Positions 61,716 to 64,000 of a stretch of DNA of 64,000 bases are shown here, in pieces. Each line of letters opens with the position of its first letter. Position 1 is the first letter of the stretch. The notes below the pieces were generated by a model. That model worked only from the letters and a program-made list of their open reading frames with translations, was not told the origin of the DNA and did not search any database. The stretch lies in contig NZ_MWQY01000011.1 of the NCBI RefSeq assembly GCF_002087085.1, positions 1-64,000 on the forward strand. Direction: 5' to 3'. The translations under genes were made by a program, and so were the position numbers.

Positions 61716-63308
61716 ATGTACGTACTGATAGATAACTACGATTCCTTTACCTGGAATATATACCAGTATCTTACAGAATTGACAAACACGCCGGTCAGGG
61801 TATTCCGTAACGACAGGATCAGCCTTAAGGAGCTGCTGGATCTGCCCATGAAGGGCCTGATCATATCCCCCGGTCCTGGAAGACCTTCCGAGGCGGGAAT
61901 AAGTATCGAAGCAATCCGCAGTTTTGCCGGGAAAGTCCCGATCCTTGGAATCTGCCTGGGACATCAGGCCATAGGGGAGGCCTTCGGCGGGAAGACTGTA
62001 CAGGCACGGCGTATTGTGCACGGGAAAACCGAGGAGATTGATAACGACGGCAAGGGGGTATTCAGAAACCTCCCTTCCCGCCCGCTTTTTACCCGCTATC
62101 ATTCCCTTGCGGTGGAGGAGGACTCCCTCCCCGAACAGCTTGAAGTGAGCGCCCGCTCCGATGACGGAGAAATTATGGGACTTCGTCACCGGGAATATGA
62201 AATCGAGGGTGTGCAGTTTCATCCCGAGTCAATCGCATCGGAGGACGGGAAAAAGCTCCTGGCCAACTTTATCGAGTACCGGCGGGAACCCTATCCCCTT
62301 CAGCGGAACCTGCAGCGGATAATTTCCGGAGAGGATCTGAGCAGGGAGGAGGCTGCGGGATTCATGCGGGAGGTCACCGAAGGAAGCGTCCTCCCCGCGA
62401 AACTGGCGGCCTGTCTTACCGCCTTCAACGCCAAGGGGATCACCCCGGAAGAGGTAGCGGGCTGTGCCCAGGTGCTGCAGGAAAAACGGGTCACCGTCCG
62501 GGCGGAGAAACCGGTTCTCGATACCTGCGGTACCGGCGGCGACGGCCAGGGGACCTTCAATATCTCCTCCATGGCGGCCCTGATTGCCTCCGCCTGCGGT
62601 GCGGAGGTGGCCAAGCACGGAAACCGGGCCATAAGCTCCCTCTGCGGCAGCGCGGATTTTTACCGTGCCCTGGGAATCAACATCGATCTTGGACCGGAGG
62701 ATGCTGAGAGGATGATCCGGGAGGAGGGCTTTGCCTTCCTTTTTGCTCCCCGTTATCACGGTGCCATGCGCCATGCCGCACAGGTCCGCAGGGAGCTGGG
62801 GTTCAAGACGATCATGAATATGCTCGGTCCCCTGGCGAATCCCGCGGGGGCGGAGTATCAGCTTATCGGTGTGTTCGACGGGGAAAAGAGCGAGCTGATG
62901 GCCAGGGCGGCGATGCTGCTGGGCATCAAGCGGGGAATGGTTGTCCACGGATCAGACGGACTGGATGAACTGACGGTTACCGGTCCTTCAAAAATAGTCC
63001 GTTTCGCCCAGGGAGAAGAGCTGGTGGAGGAGGAGTTCTTTCCCCAGGATCTGGGTATAAAGCCCTGCACTCTTAAAGATCTGCAGGGAGGAGAAGCGGA
63101 GGATAACGCCGCCATGGCCAGGGACCTTATAGACGGAGGCGGGAAGCCCGCACTGCGGGACGCCGCCTGCCTCAACGCCGGAGCGGCCCTGCTTGTCTAC
63201 GGACTGGCGGAGAGTATAGGGGAAGGCTATACCATGGCTCTGAAATCCCTGAGCTCGGGACAGGTCCGGGAAAAACTGCAGGCTGTTATCGAGGCTTCAC
63301 AACGATGA
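61716..63308 (+). CDS. trpGD: Bifunctional anthranilate synthase component II / anthranilate phosphoribosyltransferase
   Basis: IDNYDSFT, SPGPG, GICLGHQ, QFHPES; then DTCGTGGDG, KHGNR, GSAD. Confidence 0.93.
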   Translation: MYVLIDNYDSFTWNIYQYLTELTNTPVRVFRNDRISLKELLDLPMKGLIISPGPGRPSEAGISIEAIRSFAGKVPILGICLGHQAIGEAFGGKTVQARRIVHGKTEEIDNDGKGVFRNLPSRPLFTRYHSLAVEEDSLPEQLEVSARSDDGEIMGLRHREYEIEGVQFHPESIASEDGKKLLANFIEYRREPYPLQRNLQRIISGEDLSREEAAGFMREVTEGSVLPAKLAACLTAFNAKGITPEEVAGCAQVLQEKRVTVRAEKPVLDTCGTGGDGQGTFNISSMAALIASACGAEVAKHGNRAISSLCGSADFYRALGINIDLGPEDAERMIREEGFAFLFAPRYHGAMRHAAQVRRELGFKTIMNMLGPLANPAGAEYQLIGVFDGEKSELMARAAMLLGIKRGMVVHGSDGLDELTVTGPSKIVRFAQGEELVEEEFFPQDLGIKPCTLKDLQGGEAEDNAAMARDLIDGGGKPALRDAACLNAGAALLVYGLAESIGEGYTMALKSLSSGQVREKLQAVIEASQR

Positions 63309-64000
63309 GCAGGGGAATTCTCGAAGGCATTGTGGAAAAACGGCGCCGGCGTATCCTCAGGGAAGGTCATTCCCTGGGAGTACAGATCCCGGCAGAACGC
63401 CGTGTACCCCTGGTCAGCTTTGGCCGGGAACCCTGTATTATCTGCGAGATTAAACGTGCGTCCCCCTCCAGGGGGGGAATTAATCCTTCCCTGGACCCGG
63501 TTCATCAGGCCGGGCTCTATTCCGATGCCGGAGTCCTTTCGGTTTCGGTTCTTACGGAGGAGGACCATTTCTCCGGGTCCCTTCTTGATCTCATGGCTGT
63601 CAAGGAGACTTTCCCCCAGCTGTCGGTTCTCAGAAAGGAGTTTATCCTCGACGAAGAAGATCTGGAAATCTCCTTTCGTGCCGGGGCAGATGCAGTCCTG
63701 CTCATAGCATCCCTGCTGGAGGCCGATACCCTGGCGCAGCTGTATACAAAGACATACGCTCTCGGCATGGATGCCTTGGTGGAGGTCCATTCGGTCGAGG
63801 ATGTTGCTAAAGTGCGCCGTCTCCGGCCCCGCTTTACGGGTATCAACAGCAGAGACCTGCGCAGTTTCCGCACGGACCTGCTCCTGCCTCTCCAGCTTGC
63901 CGAGTCGATTGACTGGGATACGAAGCTGATTTTCGAGTCCGGTATCGGCCGGGGAGAGGATGTCCGGATCGCCAGGAACGCCGGGTTCTCCGGTGTACTG
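63305..64000 (+). CDS. trpC: Indole-3-glycerol phosphate synthase (partial, runs off window; may be a fusion)
   Basis: Absent from the ORF track. Manual translation MSRGILEGIVEKRR...ICEIKRASPSRG...SVLTEEDHFSGS...LRKEFI...GADAVLLI...LVEVH...GINSRDL...ESGI; ATGA overlap with trpGD. Confidence 0.9.
   Translation, partial: MSRGILEGIVEKRRRRILREGHSLGVQIPAERRVPLVSFGREPCIICEIKRASPSRGGINPSLDPVHQAGLYSDAGVLSVSVLTEEDHFSGSLLDLMAVKETFPQLSVLRKEFILDEEDLEISFRAGADAVLLIASLLEADTLAQLYTKTYALGMDALVEVHSVEDVAKVRRLRPRFTGINSRDLRSFRTDLLLPLQLAESIDWDTKLIFESGIGRGEDVRIARNAGFSGVL

Overview
A densely coding, moderately GC-rich bacterial chromosome segment, most likely from a free-living spirochaete. That assignment is inferred from 'FAGG' signal peptides, a HIS6-type HisA, a multi-Ig OmpA protein and the gene complement. 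Housekeeping and metabolic genes include lysA, nfeD/floA, nfo, ftsH, ABC-F, a PPIase, pdp-deoC-deoB, pyrC, hisA/hisE, leuB, ssb and trpE-trpGD-trpC (trpC partial). Accessory blocks are: (1) an IS1-like zinc-ribbon transposase start at the left edge, whose terminal repeat supplies the lysA stop codon, plus a 149-bp MITE with the same ends; (2) a chemoreceptor split by one frameshift; (3) two decayed HEPN/MNT toxin-antitoxin remnants at block borders; (4) a GntR-linked operon of a divergent M24-fold hydrolase, a tripartite tricarboxylate transporter and an oxidoreductase; (5) an RHH regulator coupled to a 1411-aa PlsA/PlsR-like double-activase protein, a candidate plasmalogen/ether-lipid synthase; (6) a sulfonate-type ABC operon with an embedded unknown gene; (7) a YtfQRT/YjfF-like sugar ABC cassette bracketed by direct repeats of the ssb 3' end. 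I saw no rRNA, tRNA or CRISPR array. All functional calls come from reading motifs by eye; no database searches were run.
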